From positions 701 to 64,700 of the forward strand of contig CAKOYA010000003.1 of the NCBI GenBank assembly GCA_934130325.1: a DNA stretch of 64,000 nucleotides, in the 5' to 3' direction. Positions within the stretch are counted from its first letter, which is position 1, and each line of letters opens with the position of its first letter. Shown here one piece after another: positions 18,649-26,621 of the stretch. The position numbers and the translations under genes were made by a program. Origin of the DNA: an uncultured Clostridia bacterium. Lineage in GTDB: Bacteria > Bacillota > Clostridia > TANB77 > CAG-465. Under the pieces are notes generated by a model. The model did no database searches. It saw only the letters and a list, made by a program, of their open reading frames with translations, and was not told the DNA's origin.

Positions 18649-20136
18649 CTACATTACTCCATACTTTCGTGAACTTGCTTTAATTTGTTGGTTACAAAGT
18701 TTACTCCATAATTTGTACTCTTGCATTTTTTTATCTATAAATTCTAAATGAAATACCTCATCTGATAATTTTATAATTCTAACTATATCATTTTCACCAT
18801 ATTCAATATTTTTAATCATGTCACTTTCTATAGTAAGATATGATTGACCTTTTTTTTGTGATATTTTTGCATTTCTATCAGAATACTTCTTAGAATTTTT
18901 TACATCAACTAATTCTAAAGTTACATTTTTCTGCTTATACCAAGTACCGTCAATTTGAATAGAGTTTTCCTTTTCCTGAAGATTAAAGAAATTAGGTATA
19001 ACCTTCTGTATTGAATTTTGAATTTTTATTTTAGATTGGTCCATAATTTTCTGTGGTTTACTTGGAAGTTCAAAAATTAGATTTGAGACATTATTCAAAT
19101 TAACCCTTTTTACCTGTACGATCTCATCTTTATCCAATTTCTCCACTTTCTCTTCCTTTTCAGCTTTTGTTTTCATATCAACATCTAACTTAACGTCAGC
19201 TTTTGAGAAAAGCATACTATTAATATCTAATGTTTCATTTTCATCAAAATCTAAATTTTCTAACTCTTCATCATATAATTCATTTTCTTTATCTACAACT
19301 TCTTCCTCAGTAGAATCATTTGCATTTATATTCTCATAATTTGCTTCATTTTCATCTTCTTTTTCATATTCTACTTCAATATCCTGGTTATCATAATTGC
19401 CTTTAATTTTACTCTCATTTTTAACTTCTTCTGAAATATCTATATCATCTATATCAATAGCAATATCTTTCAAATCTATTTTTGGTATCTCAACATTTTG
19501 AGGTAATGATATTTTATCATTTTTATCTTGTGCTTGGGATTTTTCCTCTTTCCCTAACAATTCTGAAATGCTCATAACATTTGTATGGGTATACTGTCTA
19601 GTTGTAAATATTTCCTTTTTTTCTACCAATTCTTCTACTTTTTCCCTATTTAAAAGTTCAAATCCTATTTCATCTAAATTATCTGTAATTTTCTTTAATG
19701 TTTTTTTATACTCACTTTTTTCTTCTTTATCTGCTAAATCAAAAGTTATTTTATTGTATAATGATATATTTTCCGTAATACCGCTTTCTGAAAAAGCTCC
19801 CGAAGAAACAAATATATATGATTCATTTGAATATTCAAATATACATATATTAGAATTAAACTCTATAATATTGTTGTTTGAATAATAATATACTTTATCA
19901 GTAATATCTAGCATATTTTCCAACATTATTCTAGTTGTATTCTTTTTATTAACACCAATTGCCACAAACAACTTAATTTTAGTATCGATAAATTCTTCAT
20001 CAATTAACTTAAACCCAGTTTCCTTTAAATCTCCTAAAATTAAATAAACATTTTTAGGTTTTTTTTCAAAACTATCTAGCAATTGCTCTAATAGACTACT
20101 TTCTCTATCTTTTTGAACTAAAAACTCAACCTGCAT
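18649..20136 (-). CDS. BfiI/NgoAVII-like protein: N-terminal PLD-family nuclease fold with the catalytic HxK replaced by NxN, a ~200-aa acidic linker, and a C-terminal B3/EcoRII-N-like beta-barrel (putative)
   Basis: VYLILGDLKETG...KLFVAIGVNKK...EFNSNICIFEYSNESYIFVSSGAFSESGITENISL parallels, from memory, the BfiI pattern LYLISGFSNYNG...ILHAKLYG...VVSSGNFTGPG. The C-terminus (IFELPSKP...GQSYLTIESDMIK...GENDIVRIIKL) fits the logic of a B3 domain. Confidence 0.5.
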   Translation of the reverse strand: MQVEFLVQKDRESSLLEQLLDSFEKKPKNVYLILGDLKETGFKLIDEEFIDTKIKLFVAIGVNKKNTTRIMLENMLDITDKVYYYSNNNIIEFNSNICIFEYSNESYIFVSSGAFSESGITENISLYNKITFDLADKEEKSEYKKTLKKITDNLDEIGFELLNREKVEELVEKKEIFTTRQYTHTNVMSISELLGKEEKSQAQDKNDKISLPQNVEIPKIDLKDIAIDIDDIDISEEVKNESKIKGNYDNQDIEVEYEKEDENEANYENINANDSTEEEVVDKENELYDEELENLDFDENETLDINSMLFSKADVKLDVDMKTKAEKEEKVEKLDKDEIVQVKRVNLNNVSNLIFELPSKPQKIMDQSKIKIQNSIQKVIPNFFNLQEKENSIQIDGTWYKQKNVTLELVDVKNSKKYSDRNAKISQKKGQSYLTIESDMIKNIEYGENDIVRIIKLSDEVFHLEFIDKKMQEYKLWSKLCNQQIKASSRKYGVM

Positions 20137-20792
20137 AATATTAACCTCCTAAAACATTATATATCTTATTTAATATAATATATCAAAACTACACAAAAGT
20201 AAATATAACTACAAAAAATAATACACTTAACTTACAAATATTTAAATTCTAATATATTTATAACAATAAAACTAATAAAAAATATATCTGACATAATATA
20301 AAAAAATAACATATAGATATGTATCTCTATACATTATTTTGCCCCTTTGAAGTAGTTATCTACAACTTTTTTGGTTTCTCATAACAATTAACTCAAATAT
20401 CAATCAATTTATTAAAGTATATCATATTTTTGATAAATTACAATAAATATATAGTAAAATTATATAAAATATTTAAATTTGTTTGAAGTAAAAAGTTGCC
20501 AAATATTCTAAAAAAACATCTTTCTACTTTCTTTAATCTTTCTTTTCCAAACTAATTATGGCAGATACACAGACACCTCTATATGTAAAAAAACTTCAGA
20601 AATTTCTTTACTAGAGCTTTGAATTTTTTACATAATTATGGTATTATATTAATATTCCTTAAATGTATTATTAATTAAAGTAAAAATAATTTTTCTACTT
20701 TTACGCTTATGCAGCATTAAAGGTTCTTCATTGCTTTTGGGAAGCTCTCATGAGCAAATCCAATCCCACGAGTAAAAGAAAGGTAGGCAATC

Positions 20793-21239
20793 ATGTTAGA
20801 ATTTTGGCAAAATGGTATGAAGATCGGAATCGATGCAATCTATGAAAATGGCAAAGTAGGACAGACGGTCATCTACGGACAACGGTGTAATTGGGGAGAA
20901 AAAACCAATCCTACAATAGACCCCCTTTCTCATTATCCTTGTCCCTCCATTTTCACTATCGTAGAAAAAAAAGGAGGAAATGTTGATGGGTATTATATAT
21001 TGAGCGATAGCAAGGGGAATCGCATCAAATTAAAATGTTTTTGTTCAAATGTAAGTTTTCTTTACGATGCTCAGGAGTGGTTGACTTGGAATGATATGCA
21101 CGAGAAAGAAAAATTATCTCGTAAGCAGAAAAAAATCGATCAGCTCGGAGATCATTTTAAACTTTTGAAAGATATCTTGATTAAACAGGGTGCTCGCATT
21201 GTCACAAAGGCACAAGCTGAAGATTTAGGTATTAAGTAA
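20793..21239 (+). CDS. Hypothetical protein (148 aa) in a compositionally atypical, high-GC segment
   Basis: The ORF has an RBS (AAAGGTAGGCAATC-ATG). I counted 27 G+C in 20821-20880 against 7 in 20221-20280. I recognise no family. Confidence 0.6.
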   Translation: MLEFWQNGMKIGIDAIYENGKVGQTVIYGQRCNWGEKTNPTIDPLSHYPCPSIFTIVEKKGGNVDGYYILSDSKGNRIKLKCFCSNVSFLYDAQEWLTWNDMHEKEKLSRKQKKIDQLGDHFKLLKDILIKQGARIVTKAQAEDLGIK

Positions 21240-21334
21240 CACAATAAAAATTCCCCCCTATGATTATTTTTATTTTATCATAGAAAGGATTTTTTTACTA
21301 TTCTTAGTTTACACAAATTTTTCTACATACTCAT

Positions 21335-21368
21335 GAAAGGCACACTCAAATGAGTGTGTCCTTTTTAT
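21335..21368 (+). terminator. Terminator of the 148-aa gene
   Basis: GAAAGGCACACTCA-aa-TGAGTGTGTCCTTT followed by TTTATT. Confidence 0.65.
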
Positions 21369-21406
21369 TATATTTAATTAATTTATACAATTAAATATGC
21401 ATACTG

Positions 21407-22888
21407 CTACTTTATGTAGAGTACAATACGAAATCCAAGAGCCGGAGCAGTATTAACGGTTGCAGTGTTACCAAGACGATATGACGCAGTAGTGAAAGGA
21501 CTCTTGTCGTAGTAACTACCCCCACGAGGAACCTTATTTCCTACTCCTGTATATTCTCCACCTTTTTCTGATACTATTTCTGTACTCCATTCCCATACAT
21601 TTCCCGCTACATCATATATATTTTTAGGACTACCTTCACTTACTACTTCTCCAAATTTTCCTGTCTCTAGTAATAAATATCCAGAACTTGATTTTGTATA
21701 TGTTCCTTTGGTATATACATAGTCTTTATTTTGCGTTCTATAATATCCTGATATTGTATATCCTGTTTTATTGAAATAACTTCCCCAAGAACTACAATCA
21801 GTATCTACATCTACTCCCGCACTTCCTATGAATTTTAACATTGTATCCCACTGTTTTCCTGTTATTAGTCCACTTTGTACTTCACTTGTTGATATTACAT
21901 TTTCTGATACTATTTTTGCATTGTTATAATCTATTTTATTCCAAACTATTTTTCCAGCTTTACTTTGTGCTTTCCCTATATCTGTCCTATTATTATCATC
22001 AGCACTAAATGTTTTTGTTTTCATTAGCTCTTCTGTAGTCTGATCATCTGGTAGGGATGCTTCATATCTTGCCACATAATATCCACCATATTTTTCTATT
22101 TGCTCTTCTTCTTTTGTTACACCTGTTGGTAAAATATCATCTCTTGTTTGATCTGCTTTTACTGTCCAAGATGTACTTATTGCTCCTTCCCATTTTGCAT
22201 ATTTTATACTTTCTCCATCTACTGGTATCCATACGTATTCATTATCATTACTATCAGTTATAACTAATCCTTCGTTCCATCCATCTACTATTCCATCACT
22301 ATTTTTATCTTTCCATGTTGCCTTAGTTGTTTCTTTTGCACTAAATCCTACCGGTATTACTGGATTTTGATATGTTGGTTTTTTTCCTGTTACTGTTGAG
22401 TTTTCTATAGCCTTACTTTCAACTTCTACTTGTGGATACTCTGTTTTTACATTGTCAATTGTTACATCACCTTTGGTTATAGATATCACTGTATTTTTAC
22501 TTATTACCACTTTATCTAAACTATCTAATCCTAAATCTGATAAGGTGATCTGTATTTCTTTTGCTTCCACATCACTTGCTAAATACACTTTTTCATTTAT
22601 ACTTGCTATTTCTGTATTTTCCTTTGTAAAATTTAGAGTAGATATTTCCTTTGTTATTACTCCTGAATACATTCCTCCTGCCTCATCTGAGTTTTCGGTC
22701 CATCTTTTACTAATCCACATCGTAAATGTTTCTTGTGCTACTTTTAAGTCATTTGCATTTACTGCTTCTTTTGCATTACTTATTGGATTATTTTTTATTA
22801 GTGTTACTATTAGGGCCGTAGCTAATATTATTATAACTATTATTGTTATTACTAATACAATAAGGCTTATGCCTTTTTTATTTTTCAT
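21407..22888 (-). CDS. Prepilin-like N-terminus protein (paralog P2) with a C-terminal FGE-sulfatase/SUMF1-type domain
   Basis: The start was refined to MKNKKGISLIVLVITIIVIIILATALIV...ISNAK (ATG 22888 after AGGAGGAG). The C-terminal motifs GGYYVARYEAS, NIYDVAGNVWEWSTE, PRGGSYY and LGFRIVLY are typical of the FGE/SUMF1 fold. Confidence 0.75.
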   Translation of the reverse strand: MKNKKGISLIVLVITIIVIIILATALIVTLIKNNPISNAKEAVNANDLKVAQETFTMWISKRWTENSDEAGGMYSGVITKEISTLNFTKENTEIASINEKVYLASDVEAKEIQITLSDLGLDSLDKVVISKNTVISITKGDVTIDNVKTEYPQVEVESKAIENSTVTGKKPTYQNPVIPVGFSAKETTKATWKDKNSDGIVDGWNEGLVITDSNDNEYVWIPVDGESIKYAKWEGAISTSWTVKADQTRDDILPTGVTKEEEQIEKYGGYYVARYEASLPDDQTTEELMKTKTFSADDNNRTDIGKAQSKAGKIVWNKIDYNNAKIVSENVISTSEVQSGLITGKQWDTMLKFIGSAGVDVDTDCSSWGSYFNKTGYTISGYYRTQNKDYVYTKGTYTKSSSGYLLLETGKFGEVVSEGSPKNIYDVAGNVWEWSTEIVSEKGGEYTGVGNKVPRGGSYYDKSPFTTASYRLGNTATVNTAPALGFRIVLYIK

Positions 22889-22923
22889 ATATCTCCTCCT
22901 ATACTTGTATTTTTCACAAATAT

Positions 22924-22952
22924 AGTATAATCTAAAAAAAAGAAAAATGCAA
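22924..22952 (-). promoter_or_regulatory. Putative SigA promoter of P2, with a T8 tract in the spacer
   Basis: The minus strand reads TTGCAT-ttttcttttttttagat-TATACT (17-nt spacer). Confidence 0.4.
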
Positions 22953-23061
22953 CATATCATTTATCATATTTATTAAATACTCAACCTTTTAATCTTCAAT
23001 ATTTTAATTGTCTAAATATTAAAATATTACATCATTTTTTCTTAATTCTTTTACTTCACCT

Positions 23062-23158
23062 AACAAAAAAATCAACCATTTTACTGATTGACTTTTGTAT
23101 CTGTAGTTCGAACAGATTCGTTATTGGCTGGGCTGGCTGGATTCGAACCAGCGAAATG
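23062..23158. repeat. Left arm of a 97-bp inverted repeat (3' half of tRNA-Gln plus downstream terminator)
   Basis: The reverse complement matches 24557-24653 at 93 of 97 positions by hand alignment. Confidence 0.85.
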
Positions 23159-23200
23159 CCAGAGTCAAAGTCTGGTGCCTTACCGCTTGGCTACAGCCCA
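23125..23200 (-). tRNA. tRNA-Gln (anticodon UUG), CCA encoded
   Basis: TGGGCTGTAGCCAAGCGGTAAGGCACCAGACTTTGACTCTGGCATTTCGCTGGTTCGAATCCAGCCAGCCCAGCCA forms a cloverleaf with anticodon loop CTTTGAC. Confidence 0.9.
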
Positions 23201-23213
23201 AAATATTAAGTAG

Positions 23214-23291
23214 TGGGGTGGAAAATGGGATTCGAACCCATGACCTCCAGTGCCACAAACTGGCGCGCTAACCAACTGTGCTATATCCACC
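23214..23291 (-). tRNA. tRNA-His (anticodon GUG) with G-1, CCA encoded
   Basis: GGTGGATATAGCACAGTTGGTTAGCGCGCCAGTTTGTGGCACTGGAGGTCATGGGTTCGAATCCCATTTTCCACCCCA has anticodon loop TTGTGGC. The extra 5' G pairs with C73. Confidence 0.88.
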
Positions 23292-23428
23292 GACAATCTA
23301 CTACTATATTTTAACTTATTTTTTAATACTTGTCAATATTATATGCATTTTTTTTACAAAAAATTACAATAAATAGTAAATATGATTGAAAAAATAAATA
23401 TATAGTAGTATAATTACTTAAATATGGG

Positions 23429-23923
23429 GTGATTAACTTGTTAATAGATGTAAATAAAATGAGATTGCTAAAAACAGATAATCCTGAAACTAGATATAAA
23501 CTTGTCAAACAAAATATAGAAAGATTTTTTAGGGATTATATATATTATTATAACGTATATGATAGAAACGAATTAATTATAGATTCAGGTTACTTACCTT
23601 TTCATTACTTGGATGAAATTGTTTTAAATAAAGTTATAGGTCTACTAGAGAAAGAACTAGGATACGGTATTATAATGATGAAAACTACTAATATAAATAA
23701 AAAAGGATATGAAAAGGGAGATTTAATTAATATTAGACTTTTTGACAGCCAAACAGCTAATCCAAAAGATATTGATGATTATTTTAATTTAAAAATATTT
23801 CAACCCTTGTATTCAACTTTTCATAATTATTATAATATATCTGGTGAAAATAATTATAATATTAATAATAGCTATATATCATGTTTGGATACTCCAAATA
23901 CAGTTATGTTAGACAACAAATAA
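23429..23923 (+). CDS. Hypothetical protein (164 aa; GTG start, or a later ATG)
   Basis: The ORF follows a GGGGTGA-like RBS. I recognise no family. It lies inside the tRNA-bracketed cassette. Confidence 0.45.
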   Translation: MINLLIDVNKMRLLKTDNPETRYKLVKQNIERFFRDYIYYYNVYDRNELIIDSGYLPFHYLDEIVLNKVIGLLEKELGYGIIMMKTTNINKKGYEKGDLINIRLFDSQTANPKDIDDYFNLKIFQPLYSTFHNYYNISGENNYNINNSYISCLDTPNTVMLDNK

Positions 23924-23957
23924 GACACGGTTATTAAATCGTGCCTTATTTGTTGTC
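23912..23957. terminator. Bidirectional terminator between convergent ORFs
   Basis: GACAACAAATAAGACACG-gttattaaat-CGTGCCTTATTTGTTGTC: an 18-bp stem with one mismatch. Confidence 0.7.
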
Positions 23958-23966
23958 ATTCAAGTT

Positions 23967-24284
23967 TCAAATAGAATTTATACATAATATCCCAATGTCA
24001 TGTTCACTTTGCCAATTCTTTGCATTTTTTGCAATAAGTAATGCGTCTTCCATGGCAGTTCTTAAATTTAAATACTCTTGATTATTTATTGATGATTTCT
24101 TCAAAATCACACCATCAAATGTATTGTCTTGTTGTTCTGTGACCGAAATTACAAGAAATTCATCTTTTGGAATTTGCTCCAAGTTGATATCTAATTTTAC
24201 ATGTGCACATTTGTTGTCTTTTGTCTTTTTTTCAAATTCTTCGTTCACCTTTTCCCTTATTGTCTTTGTAGTTAACTCTAACAT
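23967..24284 (-). CDS. Hypothetical protein (105 aa)
   Basis: The ORF has an RBS (AAGGAGGTACAAAAAA-ATG). I recognise no family. Confidence 0.5.
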   Translation of the reverse strand: MLELTTKTIREKVNEEFEKKTKDNKCAHVKLDINLEQIPKDEFLVISVTEQQDNTFDGVILKKSSINNQEYLNLRTAMEDALLIAKNAKNWQSEHDIGILCINSI

Positions 24285-24450
24285 TTTTTTGTACCTCCTT
24301 AAAAATTTTTAATAGAATTTTATTTGTATGTAATTGTAAATTATACCATAGATTATGTAAAAAGTAAATAGCTAAAACAAAGAAAAAATGTATATTTTTG
24401 TCGAATATTAGCTAATCAAAACAGATTTGTTAAATTAATAGTAAAATGTA

Positions 24451-24479
24451 TTGAAAAAAAACAAAAAATAGTATATAAT
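24451..24479 (+). promoter_or_regulatory. Putative SigA promoter of tRNA-Gln(CUG)
   Basis: TTGAAA, a 17-nt spacer, then TATAAT, about 35 nt upstream of the tRNA 5' end. Confidence 0.5.
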
Positions 24480-24514
24480 GTTAGTGTAAATTTATAATTA
24501 ATAATTAAGTAATT

Positions 24515-24590
24515 TGGGGTATAGCCAAGTGGTAAGGCAACGGACTCTGACCCCGTCATTTCGCTGGTTCGAATCCAGCTACCCCAGCCA
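24515..24590 (+). tRNA. tRNA-Gln (anticodon CUG), CCA encoded; A31-C39 mismatch at the base of the anticodon stem
   Basis: TGGGGTATAGCCAAGTGGTAAGGCAACGGACTCTGACCCCGTCATTTCGCTGGTTCGAATCCAGCTACCCCAGCCA has anticodon loop CTCTGAC. Confidence 0.85.
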
Positions 24591-24653
24591 ATAGCGAATC
24601 TGTTCAAACTACAGATACAAAAGTCAATCAGTAAAATGGTTGATTTTTTTGTT
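24557..24653. repeat. Right arm of the 97-bp inverted repeat
   Basis: See the left arm. The shared part includes the TCAATCAG-taaaa-TGGTTGA T-run terminator. Confidence 0.85.
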
Positions 24654-24739
24654 TGCGAAAAAATCATCCTAAAAGATGTATTAATATAATTAAACAAGAA
24701 ATATAATTTGAAGAAAGTTTAAAACAAAGAATTGAATTC

Positions 24740-25095
24740 ACACGTGGGTTTTCTAAAACTTTTATAAAAGGTAGTATTAGAAAAATTGAAAAGACTAATC
24801 TCTCATATATTGAACCACATAAAGTAATTGCTCTTGCACAAACATATTTTGCAGTTCAAACTAGAAAACAAGAAATTACCAAAAAAGAGTATAATTTACT
24901 TACTGAAGATGAAAAGAGATTTTATCAAAGAAATTTAACAAGAAAAGGAACTTATTCACTTAATCAAACTGCAAAAAAACAGGAGTTAAAAATTTTGATA
25001 AATTTCATAATGCTAGTTATAAAGGTCTATATAATGGAGGAACAGCTGATGATATTGCCAAAAGAAAAGGTTTAAGATACAGAGAAGATATTTTA
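24740..25095 (+). pseudogene. dinD: DNA-damage-inducible protein D (DinD) family fragment, truncated at both ends and frameshifted
   Basis: VIALAQTYFAVQTRKQEI...TEDEKRFYQRNL...TAKK is followed by a frameshift in an A7 run, then GVKNFDKFHNASYKGLYNGGTADDIAKRKGLRYREDIL. This parallels E. coli DinD (GQTYFAIQTRRQEL...GYQGLYGG...RKGL). Confidence 0.7.
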
Positions 25096-25096
25096 T

Positions 25097-25433
25097 TTTC
25101 ATCCTGGTATGTCTCAATAAGAAAAGTTGAAATATTGTAAAGAAAATGATATACTAGTTGAGTCATGGAGTCCACTGAGGTCGAGAAGAGTATTACAATA
25201 TTGAGCTAGAAACAATAGCCAAAAAATATAATAATTCTGTTGTCTAAATATGCCTACGATGATACATACAAAATGGAGTACTGCCAATTGTAAAAAGTTT
25301 AAAGATTCAAAATATGATTGAAAATAGGGAAGTATACTATTTTAATATTTCAAATCTGATATGGACTATGTAAATAATATGGAGAATTTTGGACAATCTG
25401 AATTAGATCCAGATTATTTAGAAAAGGAGAGTA
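25097..25433 (+). pseudogene. Aldo/keto reductase C-terminal fragment with several nonsense codons and frameshifts
   Basis: FHPGMSQ*EKLKYCKENDILVESWSPL...IELETIAKKYNNSVV*ICLR*YIQNGVLPIVKS...ENREVYYFNIS...DMDYVNNME. The stops sit where Q (CAA to TAA) and W (TGG to TGA) are expected. Confidence 0.65.
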
Positions 25434-25436
25434 AAA

Positions 25437-25820
25437 ATGAATAAACAAAAAGTAATAAAATTATTAAGGGAACTAGATTTACCTACAAGTGAATATTATG
25501 TATTATCAAGTGGATGTTTAGTTCTCTATGGATTAAGAAATATTGCAAATGATTTGGATTTGTGTATTAAGCCTGAATTATTTAAAAAGTTACGCGTAAA
25601 ATACAATTTAAAAGAAGAAGACAAAAATGAATGCGGTTTTTATCGTATTAATGATTTGGTTGAAGTAGTAGTTAGTGGTAAATATCCATTTGAATTTGAT
25701 ATAGTTGAGGGATATCAAGTACAAAAATTAGAACAAATTTTAAATTCAAAGATTAATAGTGATAGACCTAAGGATAAAATAGATGTTGAAAAAATATTGA
25801 ACTATTTAAACAATAAATAA
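25437..25820 (+). CDS. Hypothetical protein (127 aa), possibly a small nucleotidyltransferase fold
   Basis: The ORF has an RBS (AAGGAGAGTAAAA-ATG). The pattern YYVLSSGCLVLYGLRNIANDLDL resembles minimal NTase folds. Confidence in the function is low. Confidence 0.45.
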   Translation: MNKQKVIKLLRELDLPTSEYYVLSSGCLVLYGLRNIANDLDLCIKPELFKKLRVKYNLKEEDKNECGFYRINDLVEVVVSGKYPFEFDIVEGYQVQKLEQILNSKINSDRPKDKIDVEKILNYLNNK

Positions 25821-25822
25821 CA

Positions 25823-25865
25823 AAAAAGAGGGAGGCACAGAAGTTAAAGTGCATCCCTCTTTTTG
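25823..25865 (+). terminator. Terminator of the 127-aa gene
   Basis: AAAAAGAGGGAGGCAC...GTGCATCCCTCTTTTT. Confidence 0.7.
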
Positions 25866-25971
25866 TTCAAGAATTTATACGTTCATTAAACATTTCTGCA
25901 TATTCAGATTTTAAATCCGCTGAAAACGAGTTAAACTTTTTAGTAAGACTTTTAGTCTACACGTTATTTCT

Positions 25972-26613
25972 TTATTTTACTACCAGTTTATATATCGGTC
26001 CTAATTTTGAAAACTTTTCTTCATATTCAGTTACAACATTTGGAATATCAGTTTTGTGTAAATCTAAATAAACTTCTAGAAAAGTAAATCCAAAATTTTG
26101 CATACTTATTAAGCTATATTCAAATAATCCTCGATTGTCTGTTTTGAACTCTATCTTTGCCTCTTCTTTCATCACTTTCTTATATTCTGTTAAAAACTTT
26201 TCGTTTGTTAATCTCCTTTTAGCATGCTTTTTCTTAGGCCATGGATCACTAAAATTTAAATATATTTTATCAACTTTAAATTCCCCTAGCACTTCACTAA
26301 CATTTAAGGCATCAAAAGACATTAACAATAAGTTATCAAGATTTACATCATGAGTCTGCTCAAAATTGGAAATCTTCTTAGAAGCAAGTGCAAGAACCGG
26401 AATACAAACCTCAATTCCTATATATACATTATCTTTATCATTATATGCCATATTTGATATAAATTCACCTTTTCCCATACCTATTTCAATATATAACTTT
26501 TTACCATCCTTAAGCATACACTTCAATTTTTCTTGTAGAATTTCTTTTGAATCAATATACTTTTTATCCATTTTTAGTTTTTCAACTAAGTCTTTATTAA
26601 ATCTTGCTCTCAT
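25972..26613 (-). CDS. trmB: tRNA (guanine46-N7)-methyltransferase
   Basis: IEIGMGKGEFI (SAM-binding motif) and NFSDPWPKKKHAKRRL are signature TrmB motifs. Confidence 0.9.
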   Translation of the reverse strand: MRARFNKDLVEKLKMDKKYIDSKEILQEKLKCMLKDGKKLYIEIGMGKGEFISNMAYNDKDNVYIGIEVCIPVLALASKKISNFEQTHDVNLDNLLLMSFDALNVSEVLGEFKVDKIYLNFSDPWPKKKHAKRRLTNEKFLTEYKKVMKEEAKIEFKTDNRGLFEYSLISMQNFGFTFLEVYLDLHKTDIPNVVTEYEEKFSKLGPIYKLVVK

Positions 26614-26621
26614 TTTACCTC

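Noticed and set aside
24515-24590. tRNA-Gln(CUG) as a possible defective or suppressor tRNA because of the A31-C39 mismatch.
   Set aside because: The anticodon CUG is a normal Gln anticodon. The rest of the cloverleaf and the CCA end are intact, and a single 31-39 mismatch is tolerated in many tRNAs.
24416-24697. Minus-strand ORFs overlapping tRNA genes (24416-24697 over tRNA-Gln; 34567-34758 over tRNA-Arg; 23323-23508).
   Set aside because: They overlap clear tRNA genes or promoters and have no RBS. They are chance ORFs.
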